A DNA stretch of 64,000 nt, from NCBI GenBank assembly GCA_964524715.1, contig CAZGGF010000076.1, positions 28,639 through 92,638 on the forward strand. Direction: 5' to 3'. Below are positions 26,832 through 36,176 of this stretch, one piece after another. Under the pieces are notes generated by a model. The model was not told where the DNA came from. It saw only the letters and a list, made by a program, of their open reading frames with translations, and did no database searches. The DNA comes from an uncultured Verrucomicrobiota bacterium. Lineage in GTDB: Bacteria > Verrucomicrobiota > Verrucomicrobiia > CAIQCK01. Numbering within the stretch: position 1 is the stretch's first letter; the number at the start of each line of letters is the position of its first letter. The position numbers and the translations under genes were made by a program.

Positions 26832-28379
26832 ATGAGCAGCAGAGCCAGATTTGTTTCAGTCATCGGCGGAACCGCTTTGGTTGTAGCCTTCGCATTAGTT
26901 GGTTGCGATTCGTGCCAAAACGGTGCGACGTCGCAATCGAAACAGGCTGCGACTGTCCGCGAGCCTGCCGTGGCGGGACTTTTCTACCCCAAGGACCCGC
27001 AAGAACTGTCGCGTACGATTGATATGCTGCTTGCAGCCGTCCAACCGTCCTCCGTCAACGGCGAACTCAAGGCGATTATCTGTCCGCACGCCGGTTATCC
27101 GTATTCCGGCCTCACAGCCGCCTTCGCCTACAAGGTATTGGCAGGCCGCGACGTGAAGACCGTCTTTCTGCTTGCAGGCAGCCACTACGTGGCGTTCCAG
27201 GGCGCATCGGTCTGCGCAGCAGACATCTACCGCACCCCGCTGGGCGACGTGAAGATTTCCGACAAGTCAAAGGCGCTGGCAAAACTCCCGCCGTTCATGC
27301 TGGAGCCGCGTCTGCCGATGCGCCGTCCGGATTGGTCAGTCCAATCATCGCGGCCCGTGCCACCGCCGGGCGAGGACACGCCGGAGACGTGGGAACATTC
27401 CGGCGAGGTCGAGGTGCCATTCCTTCAAAAGGTCCTCAAACCCTTCGAGTTAGTCTCGGTGGTCTTCGGCCAAACCGATCCGGACGCTGCCGCGCAGGCA
27501 CTTGCTGGAATGCTCGACGACAAGTCCCTCGTCGTCGTCAGCACCGACCTGAGTCATTACCATCCTTACGATCAAGCCCGGCAGTTGGACAGCCGCACCG
27601 TGAACGCCATTCTCAACATGGCTCCCGACACCATCGCCGGCGAAGACGCTTGCGGCTGCATGCCGGTCCGCACGCTGCTCCATCTCGCAAAGATGAAAGG
27701 ATGGAAGCCGAAGCTGCTCGATTATCGCAACAGCGGCGACACCTCCGGCAACAAGAACCAGGGCGTCGTGGGCTACACCGCCCTTGCGTTTACCGCGCCG
27801 GAACAGGAGAACTTCACCAAGGAGGAACGCAAACAACTGCTCGATCTCGCCCGCCGCACCGTCAAGGAAGTCGTTACAGCCAGCCGTCTCCCCGTCGTCG
27901 ACCCAAAAACACTTCCGGCCAAGTTCGCCGAACCGAAAGGTTGTTTCGTGACGCTCACCGAGAATGGCGCGCTACGCGGCTGCATTGGACACATCATGCC
28001 ACAGATGCCGCTTTATCAGGCTGTCATGGAGAATGCCCAGAGCGCCGCCATGCGTGACCATCGTTTCCAGCCGGTGCGCCCCGACGAACTCGAAAAACTC
28101 CAGGTCGAGGTGAGTGTGCTGACCGTGCCGCAACCGCTGGCGTTCAGCTCGCCGGACGACCTGCTCGCCAAGTTGAAACCGCATCGCGACGGCGTCGTGT
28201 TACAGATCAACGGCCGCGGCGCAACGTATCTGCCGCAAGTCTGGGAGCAGATTCCGGACAAGGTCATTTTCCTCAACACGCTCTCGGAAAAAGCCGGCTG
28301 CGCGCCCGACGCTTGGCGCGGTCCCGGCACCGCCGTCGGCATCTACCACGTCGAGGCGTTCAAGGAATCGGAGCTGTAA
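26832..28379 (+). CDS. Memo (AmmeMemoRadiSam protein B)-AMMECR1 (protein A) fusion with lipoprotein-type signal
   Basis: The N-terminal half 'VAGLFYPKDP...CPHAGYPYSG...DLSHYH' is Memo-like. The C-terminal half 'GCFVTLTENGALRGCIGHI' is AMMECR1. N-terminus MSSRARFVSVIGGTALVVAFALVGC. Confidence 0.85.
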   Translation: MSSRARFVSVIGGTALVVAFALVGCDSCQNGATSQSKQAATVREPAVAGLFYPKDPQELSRTIDMLLAAVQPSSVNGELKAIICPHAGYPYSGLTAAFAYKVLAGRDVKTVFLLAGSHYVAFQGASVCAADIYRTPLGDVKISDKSKALAKLPPFMLEPRLPMRRPDWSVQSSRPVPPPGEDTPETWEHSGEVEVPFLQKVLKPFELVSVVFGQTDPDAAAQALAGMLDDKSLVVVSTDLSHYHPYDQARQLDSRTVNAILNMAPDTIAGEDACGCMPVRTLLHLAKMKGWKPKLLDYRNSGDTSGNKNQGVVGYTALAFTAPEQENFTKEERKQLLDLARRTVKEVVTASRLPVVDPKTLPAKFAEPKGCFVTLTENGALRGCIGHIMPQMPLYQAVMENAQSAAMRDHRFQPVRPDELEKLQVEVSVLTVPQPLAFSSPDDLLAKLKPHRDGVVLQINGRGATYLPQVWEQIPDKVIFLNTLSEKAGCAPDAWRGPGTAVGIYHVEAFKESEL

Positions 28380-28380
28380 T

Positions 28381-30762
28381 ATGACCGCCGCGGACACGCC
28401 GCCGCCCTGCCCCGGCCGCGCAAGCCGCCTGCTGCTGTCCGCCGTCGGCGGCCTTGGCGCGGCGGCCGTCATTGCGCAGTTGGTGCTGATGCGCGAGATG
28501 CTCGCGGCGTTCGCCGGCAACGAAATGGTGCTCGGCATCATTCTGGGCAATTGGCTCCTGCTGACTGGCGCGGGCGCATGGCTGGGCCGCGCGTCGGGCC
28601 GCCTCCGGAACCGCGAGGGTGCGTTCATCGCGGCGCTGATCTTCATCGCCATCGCGCCGCTCGTGCAGGTTTTTCTGCTCAGCGTCCTGCGCAACGCCAT
28701 CTTCGGACGCGGCATCCAGGTTGGTCTCATCGAAACCGTGCTCGCCAGCTTTGTGGTGTTGCTCCCCTTCTGCGTCGCGTCTGGATGGCTGTTGACGCTG
28801 GCCTGCTCCGTCGTTGCGGAGAAAGACGACACCTCCGGCATCGGCCGCGTTTATGTCGCCGACTGCATCGGCAGCATCGCCGGCGGCGCGTTGTTCAGCT
28901 TCGTGCTCGTGCGGTTGTTCGATCACCTTGGCATCCTCTATTTCCCGGCGATGCTGAACCTGCTGCTCGCGGGCGCACTGGCGATGTGTTTCGGAAGGAA
29001 ACTCCTGCTCGGCATCGCCGCGGTCCTCGTGGCGGCGCTCGTGGGTGTCATCGTCTTTGCCAACGCCGACGCGCTGGCCACGGCAATCCAGTTCGAGGGC
29101 CAGCATGTCGTCTTCCGCGGCAACTCCCCCTACGGCAAACTCGTCGTCACCGAGTCCTTCGGCCAATACAACTTCATCGAGAATGGCCTGCCGATCACCT
29201 CCACCGACAACACCCAGCAGGTCGAGGAAACCGTCCATTACGCAATGGCGCAACGACCCAACGCGCGGCGTGTGTTAATCGTCTGCGGCGGCGTCTCTGG
29301 CACCGCCCGCGAAGCTCTCAAATATGGCGTCACCGAAGTCACCTGCGTCGAACTCGACCCGCTCGTTATTGAGGCGGGCCGCCGGTTCCTCCCAGCCAAC
29401 CTCAGCGACCCACGCATCAAGTTCGTCAACACCGATGGCCGGCTCTTCGTGAAACAAACCACCGAGCACTACGACGTGGTGATCGTGGACGTGCCCGACC
29501 CGTCCACGTCGCAGCTCAACCGCTTCTACACGGCGGAATTTTTCGGCGAGGTCAAGCGCGTGCTCACCGACGGCGGCGTGCTATCGTTCGGGCTGGGCCG
29601 CTACGCGGACTACGTCAGTCCGAAACTGGCGCGCCTTCTCACGTCGGCGCGGCGCACACTCGACACGGCGTTCAAGAACACGCTGGTGATTCCCGGCGGA
29701 CGCGTCTTCTTCCTCGCCTCTGACGGCCCGCTGCACGAAGACATCGCCGCGCGCGTCGAGGCGGCAGGCGTCCCTACCCGCCTCGTCAACCGCCATTACC
29801 TCAAAGCCATGCTCGCGCCCGACCGTATGGAGGATATGCGCCGCGCCACCGGACAATCCGCCACCGTGAACCGCGATTTCAGCCCCGTGCTCTACTACTA
29901 CCACCTGCTCCACTGGATGAGTCAGTTTAAGTTGCGATTCGGCCTGCTGGAGGTGGCGCTGCTGGTATTGCTGGCGGTCTATCTGCTCCGTCTTCGCGCC
30001 GCGCCGCTGGCGGTATTCGCGGGGGGCTTCGCTGCGTCGGGATTGGAGGTCGTGTTGTTGCTGGCGTTCCAGATTCTCTACGGCTCCGTCTATCAACAAC
30101 TCGGCATCATTGTCACTGTCTTCATGGCAGGCCTGGCGGCAGGAGCTTTTGGGATGATGCGTCCTGAATGTGGGAGGGGCCTCTGCGCCCCAACCGAGAG
30201 CGACGCGGCCCGGCAAGCCGGTCGGGGCGCTGAGGCCCCCCCCACATTCAACCAAGCATCTGTGCGTCGCCGACGACAACTGGCCCGACTCGCGTTCGCC
30301 GTTGCGGCATATGCGGCGTTGCTGCCGCTCTGCCTGATGGCGCTCGCTCGTATCAGCGACAACGGTGGATTCTTCCTCGTGCAAACGGTCATCGCGCTGC
30401 TCACGATCCTCCTAGGTGCGCTCGTCGGCATGCAGTTCCCTCTGGCGGGAAGGGTCGGTGCTGATGGAGCCGGCATCGATTTCCATGCTGCGCCTGAACA
30501 AACTGTAGCGTCGGTCTCTAACCGCCGAAATCCCCCACGGAATACACAGCCGGCGGTCATAGACCGCCGCTACAGTTCGGGAACGGATTCCACCCTCACC
30601 GCGTCGCGGCTTTACACGGCGGACTTCATCGGCGCGTGCCTGGGTGCGTTGCTGCCGAGCACGTTACTCATCCCGCTCATCGGTGTCCCCGCCGTCTGTC
30701 TTCTTATCGCCGCCTTGAACGCTGTTGCGGGTATCGTGGTACTGAGAAGCAGCCACAGATAA
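28381..30762 (+). CDS. fused MFS-like membrane domain / spermidine-synthase-like aminopropyltransferase
   Basis: ATG lies 1 nt after the upstream TAA. Multiple TM helices flank 'VLIVCGGVSGTAREALKYG.VTEVTCVELDP' and 'YDVVIVDVPDPSTSQLNRFYTAEFF'. Confidence 0.85.
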   Translation: MTAADTPPPCPGRASRLLLSAVGGLGAAAVIAQLVLMREMLAAFAGNEMVLGIILGNWLLLTGAGAWLGRASGRLRNREGAFIAALIFIAIAPLVQVFLLSVLRNAIFGRGIQVGLIETVLASFVVLLPFCVASGWLLTLACSVVAEKDDTSGIGRVYVADCIGSIAGGALFSFVLVRLFDHLGILYFPAMLNLLLAGALAMCFGRKLLLGIAAVLVAALVGVIVFANADALATAIQFEGQHVVFRGNSPYGKLVVTESFGQYNFIENGLPITSTDNTQQVEETVHYAMAQRPNARRVLIVCGGVSGTAREALKYGVTEVTCVELDPLVIEAGRRFLPANLSDPRIKFVNTDGRLFVKQTTEHYDVVIVDVPDPSTSQLNRFYTAEFFGEVKRVLTDGGVLSFGLGRYADYVSPKLARLLTSARRTLDTAFKNTLVIPGGRVFFLASDGPLHEDIAARVEAAGVPTRLVNRHYLKAMLAPDRMEDMRRATGQSATVNRDFSPVLYYYHLLHWMSQFKLRFGLLEVALLVLLAVYLLRLRAAPLAVFAGGFAASGLEVVLLLAFQILYGSVYQQLGIIVTVFMAGLAAGAFGMMRPECGRGLCAPTESDAARQAGRGAEAPPTFNQASVRRRRQLARLAFAVAAYAALLPLCLMALARISDNGGFFLVQTVIALLTILLGALVGMQFPLAGRVGADGAGIDFHAAPEQTVASVSNRRNPPRNTQPAVIDRRYSSGTDSTLTASRLYTADFIGACLGALLPSTLLIPLIGVPAVCLLIAALNAVAGIVVLRSSHR
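30167..30249. repeat. intragenic palindromic REP-like element 1
   Basis: Arms GAATGTGGGAGGGGCCTCTGCGCCCCAACCG (30167-30197) and CGGTCGGGGCGCTGAGGCCCCCCCACATTC (30220-30249) are near-perfect reverse complements. Translated in-frame as ...ECGRGLCAPT...GRGAEAPPTF. Confidence 0.7.
30501..30577. repeat. intragenic palindromic REP-like element 2
   Basis: Arms AACTGTAGCGTCGGTCTCTAACCGCCG and CGGCGGTCATAGACCGCCGCTACAGTT are reverse complements with few mismatches. Translated in-frame as ...TVASVSNRR...AVIDRRYS. Confidence 0.7.
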
Positions 30763-30842
30763 ACGCTAATTGAGGAACGGAAGCCGAAGGTGTCCGACCA
30801 TCTCTTGACGCCGGGAATGTGACGGAAGTTTTACCGCCTCGT

Positions 30843-31961
30843 TCAGATTTTGATGAAGGTCTTCTTGCGGTATAGGAAATACATGATCAGCCACATCACC
30901 GCCATGGCCGCCACCGCTTGAATGAATGCCTGAACATTGGGCAGACACAGACTGCATACTCCCCCGACGAAGACATTCCCGATCAGCCGGAAATCAAACA
31001 GATGCGCCATCATGTAAACGGCGATCGAATTGGCCCCGAACACCACAAAGAAGAATGCCCACCTTCCACGCCCCATCACATCGATGATCTGAAAGAAGGC
31101 CGCCAGCAGGAGCGTCGTCAATCCACAGGTCACCAGCACAAACGAACTCGTCCACAAGCTGCGGATGATCGGGAATCCAAAACTCCAGACCACGCCGGCC
31201 AGCACCATGACCAAACCCCAGAGGAGCAGCACTTTCACCTTGTCCTCTTTCTTCCGCTGGCCAGTCACGATGTGCCCCACCAACACACCCAAAAGCATGT
31301 TGGCGATGAACGAAATCGTGGCCAAGACCTGCCATGAACCTGGTTTGTGGAACGGGCCCAGCACCATGTTATCGATGTAAATCCCCAGATTCATCTGGCT
31401 TGAGTAACGTTCCCCTTGCCAGCCCGGGACCGGGACGAACATGAACAGCGCCCAATACCCCACCAGCAACGCTCCGGCCAGAATGCACTGCGTCCGCATG
31501 CTGGTATGCAGGACCAGCATCGCGCACACCAGATAACCGATGCTGATGTACTCCAGCACGTTGTTGTAAAGCGGCATGTGGTCGAACTTAAGACTCAACA
31601 GGTGCCCGCCCGCAATCAGCCCCAGCAAAAACAGGATCACCGACCGTTTGATGATGTGCAGGTGAATGGTCTTCATGTCCGTCACCATGCGCCGGTTCCT
31701 GAGCGATAACGGCATGGTCAGACCGACCACAAAAAGGAACATGGGCATCGCGATGAAGCACAAACGCAAGCCCTCGACAAAGCCATAGCTGAACTGCTTG
31801 GAAGCTGCCGACGCAAACGGTTCTCCCCACAATTTCGTGAATGTCTGGAGTATGGGAGCTCCGCCGATATCAATGGCCAATATCAAGAACATCGCGAATC
31901 CGCGCAATGCATCGATACTGACCAGCCGGTTATCCGACGCTGACTTCTGTTCCATTTGCAT
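30843..31961 (-). CDS. DUF5009 / acyltransferase-3-like (HGSNAT-like) polytopic membrane protein
   Basis: 'RLVSIDALRGFAMFLILAI' N-terminal motif and about 10 TM helices. Confidence 0.7.
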   Translation of the reverse strand: MQMEQKSASDNRLVSIDALRGFAMFLILAIDIGGAPILQTFTKLWGEPFASAASKQFSYGFVEGLRLCFIAMPMFLFVVGLTMPLSLRNRRMVTDMKTIHLHIIKRSVILFLLGLIAGGHLLSLKFDHMPLYNNVLEYISIGYLVCAMLVLHTSMRTQCILAGALLVGYWALFMFVPVPGWQGERYSSQMNLGIYIDNMVLGPFHKPGSWQVLATISFIANMLLGVLVGHIVTGQRKKEDKVKVLLLWGLVMVLAGVVWSFGFPIIRSLWTSSFVLVTCGLTTLLLAAFFQIIDVMGRGRWAFFFVVFGANSIAVYMMAHLFDFRLIGNVFVGGVCSLCLPNVQAFIQAVAAMAVMWLIMYFLYRKKTFIKI

Positions 31962-32422
31962 CCGTTTGACGATCGAGTGGAAGTTGAACCGCGTGAATCA
32001 TGACGGGATATTCCCGGCATTGATTCCTTGCAACAGGGATATCATCAACGGGGGAAAAAGAAAAGGAGGCATTGAGATTCCGGATGAACCGCATTGCGCA
32101 CGAGCGACACGACAAAGGCCGGCTCCGCAAAACGCGACCTCCAGGGGTGTTTCCGTGATCGCAAGAAATCGCTTCTCGGCCCACCGAGACGTTTCGCATC
32201 GTTTCTGTTTTCCACACACCGTCTTCCGCCCCCGACCTTCGGTCCTCGTTACGTGCGCGAATCTGCGCCACTAAAGCAGGACAGACTTCCGGTTAATCCG
32301 ATCATTTATCAATGAACAGGCGCAACGCATGTCCTGCCATGATTCATCCTATAGTAACTATTCTCTACAGTTGTTACATTGAAGTACTTGGATGGTAAGT
32401 TGCCAGTTCACACGACACCATC

Positions 32423-32860
32423 ATGCTTGACAGTCCAGCAGTCACTTATCTACAATATTGTTCCATGGGACTACTCCTCCACTGTGCAGGTACCGTTATC
32501 TTCTGGGTTGTCTCGCTGGCTTGTATTCTTCCCCCTATCGCTCACGCTATGTTCGTCATCGCGCGCAGCAACGACTCAACCTTCAGCCAACACCTGGCGT
32601 TTCCAGTTTCCTGCTATCCATTGGAACAAGCGCTGGCTGCCGCCAGTTCCCCCAAGGATTCAAGCCAACGATACGAATACAGCCGAACCTGCGAGCGGCT
32701 TGTGAGGTTTCTTCTGACCAAGCTTGGTCGCCAGCGATTTGTGTCGTTGGGGTTGAAGCTGGGCGACGGCATTGCGTTTCGAGACGCAGTCCTCGATGTT
32801 TACCCTGACAAGTTCAAGACGTATCAAGACTTCCTGGCCGCCTACACCCTTTTCAAATGA
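32423..32860 (+). CDS. hypothetical small membrane-anchored protein (weak call)
   Basis: ATG start, one hydrophobic segment, and an ATGA overlap with the next ORF at 32857. Competing overlapping frames and lower GC make it uncertain. Confidence 0.35.
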   Translation: MLDSPAVTYLQYCSMGLLLHCAGTVIFWVVSLACILPPIAHAMFVIARSNDSTFSQHLAFPVSCYPLEQALAAASSPKDSSQRYEYSRTCERLVRFLLTKLGRQRFVSLGLKLGDGIAFRDAVLDVYPDKFKTYQDFLAAYTLFK

Positions 32861-32928
32861 TGCTGAATTCCCTCCACGACCCAGGTTCGCCGTCGGCCTG
32901 CCCGCAGGTGCGTGGCGGGACAACCGCC

Positions 32929-34014
32929 ATGATACGGGCGTTCCCAATCATCCTGGCGTGTCTCGCCTGCGGTGTGTCCGGTTGCGGCCCGGCCCCGGAG
33001 GAAATCCAACCGGAGGCGGTCCACTGGACTGCGACGGTGGCGCATCTCGCTTACAAGAGCGGCACGATCTACAGCGCGAGGAAAGCCACGCAGGATTACA
33101 TCAGCGCCCTGGAAAAGATTCTCGCCACCGCGCAGGAAGCCAGCGAAGCCGCCGACACCCGTTCGAGATTGGCCTGGGCAGTCACCCGGCTGGCCATGAT
33201 CGAGGAAGCCCTGGGCCATCGCGAGACCGCGGAACAAGTCTATCAGCGGGCCGCGAAGGGAATCGCATCAGTGAAGACGCAGAACACCAGCCTGGAGGAT
33301 CTCAAACACTACATCGTGGCGGAGCCGTATTATGACCGCGTGTTCGGGCCGCTGCTGGACAGAGCCAGACAGGCGACGTGGAAGGAAAGGAAGGGCAATT
33401 GGGAAACCACCACCGTGGACCTGCTCTCCACCCGGAGCGCCGGCGTCCGGCGCGTGACGGCCAGGCAGTGTTCCTACCACATTCGACTCGACCCCGGCCG
33501 TCCCGATTTTGGAAATGAGTCAGTGCTCCTCACGGTCTTTGTGACTGACAGCGGCCAGACATGGGCCGGGCCGGAGCAGGATTTCTATATTGAGACCGAC
33601 TCCGGCGTCGTGGGTGGAAACGTGAGCAAGTGGTTGCTCTGGTGCGACAGCCTGCTGGCCAGACGGGCTGGCGAAAAGGATGCCGTTGACACCTTGCCGG
33701 CTCGCGTTGACAGGCAAATCGGCGGCTACGATCTCAGCAACGCCCAAACCGGTTCGATCATGGATGATGACATATACTCGGACTCGATCCTGCGGGAACG
33801 ATACTCGTTCTACAGGGACTTCCTTGGGCAAGGGTTCTTCGAAACATTTGTCGAGCCGGATGGCCGCGCATACCGCGCCGCGCAGGTGATTGGCAACACG
33901 CTGCGGCTGGACATAAGAGGCCGCGGCGGCCTCAGCACCGCCAGCGTATTTGTTGAGATCAAATCGCGCAGGGTTCATCACTGCACAGTGGACGGCAGGA
34001 AAGTGTTTCCCTAG
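32929..34014 (+). CDS. hypothetical lipoprotein
   Basis: MIRAFPIILACLACGVSGC is a signal peptide with a lipobox. An alternative coupled start lies at 32857. No recognisable domain. Confidence 0.6.
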   Translation: MIRAFPIILACLACGVSGCGPAPEEIQPEAVHWTATVAHLAYKSGTIYSARKATQDYISALEKILATAQEASEAADTRSRLAWAVTRLAMIEEALGHRETAEQVYQRAAKGIASVKTQNTSLEDLKHYIVAEPYYDRVFGPLLDRARQATWKERKGNWETTTVDLLSTRSAGVRRVTARQCSYHIRLDPGRPDFGNESVLLTVFVTDSGQTWAGPEQDFYIETDSGVVGGNVSKWLLWCDSLLARRAGEKDAVDTLPARVDRQIGGYDLSNAQTGSIMDDDIYSDSILRERYSFYRDFLGQGFFETFVEPDGRAYRAAQVIGNTLRLDIRGRGGLSTASVFVEIKSRRVHHCTVDGRKVFP

Positions 34015-34062
34015 ACTGCCACGCCAGCCGGGAACGACAACTCAGGATGGAAGGGAGAGACT

Positions 34063-34569
34063 ATGAACATATCTCAAAGGAAGGAACCGGGAATCTCCGC
34101 TCGAATGCTCGCCGTGATTCTGTTTGCCCTCTCGGCGGCAATCATCAGCGGCGCAGCCGAGCCGCCCGCCCGGAAAGCCGGCGTGGACATTCCCGAACAG
34201 GTGGCGCCGCTGACCGTGCTGCAACTCAACACCAAGCTCCCGTATTCGTATTCCTTCGAATACAAAGCCAACCCCGACCCCGGGCGGCGTTACTGGAAGC
34301 GCATCTCCGAAAAAATGTGGAGTGAGACCTATCCGAGCGGCATCAAGAGCATCTTCAAAGTCCTGGGTCACGCCACCGTCAATGGCATCGAAGGCACGAT
34401 CGTGGTCAAGGTCTCCGGCACCGAGAGCCTGACGGGGACCGACAACGAAGGAGGGCTTCAGGCGTTCATCCCCGACAAGGGCAGCGCAACGATGCATCAC
34501 TTGTATCGAAACACGGGCCGGGGCGACACCCAATGGCACGACCTTGGCCCGATGCTGAATGTGCAATAA
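34063..34569 (+). CDS. hypothetical secreted protein
   Basis: GGGAGAG upstream of ATG 34063. Hydrophobic signal MLAVILFALSAAIISGAA. Confidence 0.6.
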   Translation: MNISQRKEPGISARMLAVILFALSAAIISGAAEPPARKAGVDIPEQVAPLTVLQLNTKLPYSYSFEYKANPDPGRRYWKRISEKMWSETYPSGIKSIFKVLGHATVNGIEGTIVVKVSGTESLTGTDNEGGLQAFIPDKGSATMHHLYRNTGRGDTQWHDLGPMLNVQ

Positions 34570-34597
34570 AGCCGGCCGGGGCTGAAAGAAAGAGGAC

Positions 34598-36127
34598 ATG
34601 AATTCGCGTTACCGATCATGGGCGGTGGCAGTGATGATCCTCGCGGCGAACACTGGGTCCAAAGGCGAGGTCGAATACAGGGACATCGTCGTGACACAAC
34701 CCGCCCGGCCAGCGACTCCCCTGCCGCAAGCCAGCGAGAGCAGCAAGCCGGCGCGGCATGTGTTGGCTGCAACCCCGCCTCGCGCGCCAGCCAGCAGACA
34801 GCCGGCCGCCGCTCCCCTCGTCGTGCCGGGCGAATACAAGGAATGGCAGTCGGTGCTCATCCTGAGCAACGAAGTGCTGCGCGTGAAGTTGCGCTACATG
34901 CCCGTCTTCTCCGCCGCCGACCCGTTTCCAATGGCGTTGGAGCTCGACAACAGAAGCGGCGGCCCCCTCAAGATCGGGCAGATCTGGGTTGGATTCAAAA
35001 CAAGCCGAAGAGACACGGAGCGGCCCCACGTGTCCATGCCTTGGAGCACCGTTGTGTTGTCGGAACTTGCCAACGGAGTGACCACCGTCACGGGAAGCGC
35101 CTTGTGGTCGCCGCTGCTCGCGGCGATGGAGCTGACTCCGAACGCATGCGTCCGCGTGCCCGTCACCACCGGCGGCGATGTGCGGCTGCAAGATGGCCGC
35201 CGTTACTACCTCGACAACGTGCCATTTGAATTTGAGTTGCGGTATCCCGTCCCCCCGGTGATCGAATCCATGAAGCAGCAACTGAGGGAAGGTCTCCGCA
35301 CAGAACCAAGACCCCCTTCACAGTACCCACCGAAGCCAGCGGTCATCCTATCCGATGGAACGCCCGCCATTCTTGATCGCGCCAGCGATACGGATGTCGT
35401 GGATCGCCTGGATTTTCTGATGATGAAGGAAATCGTGGACGCGATGACCCTGGATGATTTGTTGGCGGGGCTTAAGACGTACAAGCGCTGCCGGAAAACC
35501 ATCGCTCAACTTTTGAAGCGGCGTTTCCCGGACTCCCCGGAGGTTTTGGCTTACTATCGGGAAGAACTGCCCAAAGAGCATACGGATGCCTGGGATGACG
35601 CGCTCATGCCGGGAGTATGGAACGACGAGTTTCTCAAGGCGGCTGTGGCGCGTCTTGAAAAGGGAAATCTCCGCTGGGGTTTCTCCATCCTGGAGCGGCA
35701 CCGGAAGGAATGGATCGGCAAGCCGGACTATGTGGCGCGCATTTCAGCCGCCATGTTGAAACACTATCCGACTCTGGCATCGGGACCGCAGAAGCTGCCG
35801 GACAAGGAGCTTCACGACTGGGGCCGCGCTGTATCCGACGCCGGCGCAACCGGCGACCGGCAATTCATCAAGTATTTCGCGCCAGCCCTTGACGACAAGC
35901 GGGTGATCCAGGAGCCGGAAGAGTCGAGCGCCCCCCGGGGATATGCGACCCGTGTTTGCGATTGCGCGCTGAACGCGATCCTGATGATCCTGGATGGCGA
36001 CACATGGAAAGCTTTCGAGAAAGCGGGCATCGATGGCTGGAGCACGGATCGCCAGGCATTTGCCGCTCACGACCGTGTCATCACCGATACCAAGAAACGT
36101 CTTGAAGTTTCCGGCCTCCTGAAATAG
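34598..36127 (+). CDS. hypothetical exported protein with Pro/Ala-rich linker and helical C-terminal domain
   Basis: AAGAGGA upstream of ATG 34598. N-terminal hydrophobic segment. 509 aa. Antisense ORFs are Arg/Gly-rich shadows. Confidence 0.6.
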   Translation: MNSRYRSWAVAVMILAANTGSKGEVEYRDIVVTQPARPATPLPQASESSKPARHVLAATPPRAPASRQPAAAPLVVPGEYKEWQSVLILSNEVLRVKLRYMPVFSAADPFPMALELDNRSGGPLKIGQIWVGFKTSRRDTERPHVSMPWSTVVLSELANGVTTVTGSALWSPLLAAMELTPNACVRVPVTTGGDVRLQDGRRYYLDNVPFEFELRYPVPPVIESMKQQLREGLRTEPRPPSQYPPKPAVILSDGTPAILDRASDTDVVDRLDFLMMKEIVDAMTLDDLLAGLKTYKRCRKTIAQLLKRRFPDSPEVLAYYREELPKEHTDAWDDALMPGVWNDEFLKAAVARLEKGNLRWGFSILERHRKEWIGKPDYVARISAAMLKHYPTLASGPQKLPDKELHDWGRAVSDAGATGDRQFIKYFAPALDDKRVIQEPEESSAPRGYATRVCDCALNAILMILDGDTWKAFEKAGIDGWSTDRQAFAAHDRVITDTKKRLEVSGLLK

Positions 36128-36176
36128 AGCAGCGCCCAATCTGTCTCCCTCTGGGTGGAGGGGTGAAAACGACGGC

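Noticed and set aside
28360-29253. 297-aa minus-strand ORF, and other internal ORFs inside the spermidine-synthase-like gene
   Set aside because: Asp/Glu/Arg/Gly-rich antisense translation. The plus frame has TM helices plus aminopropyltransferase motifs.
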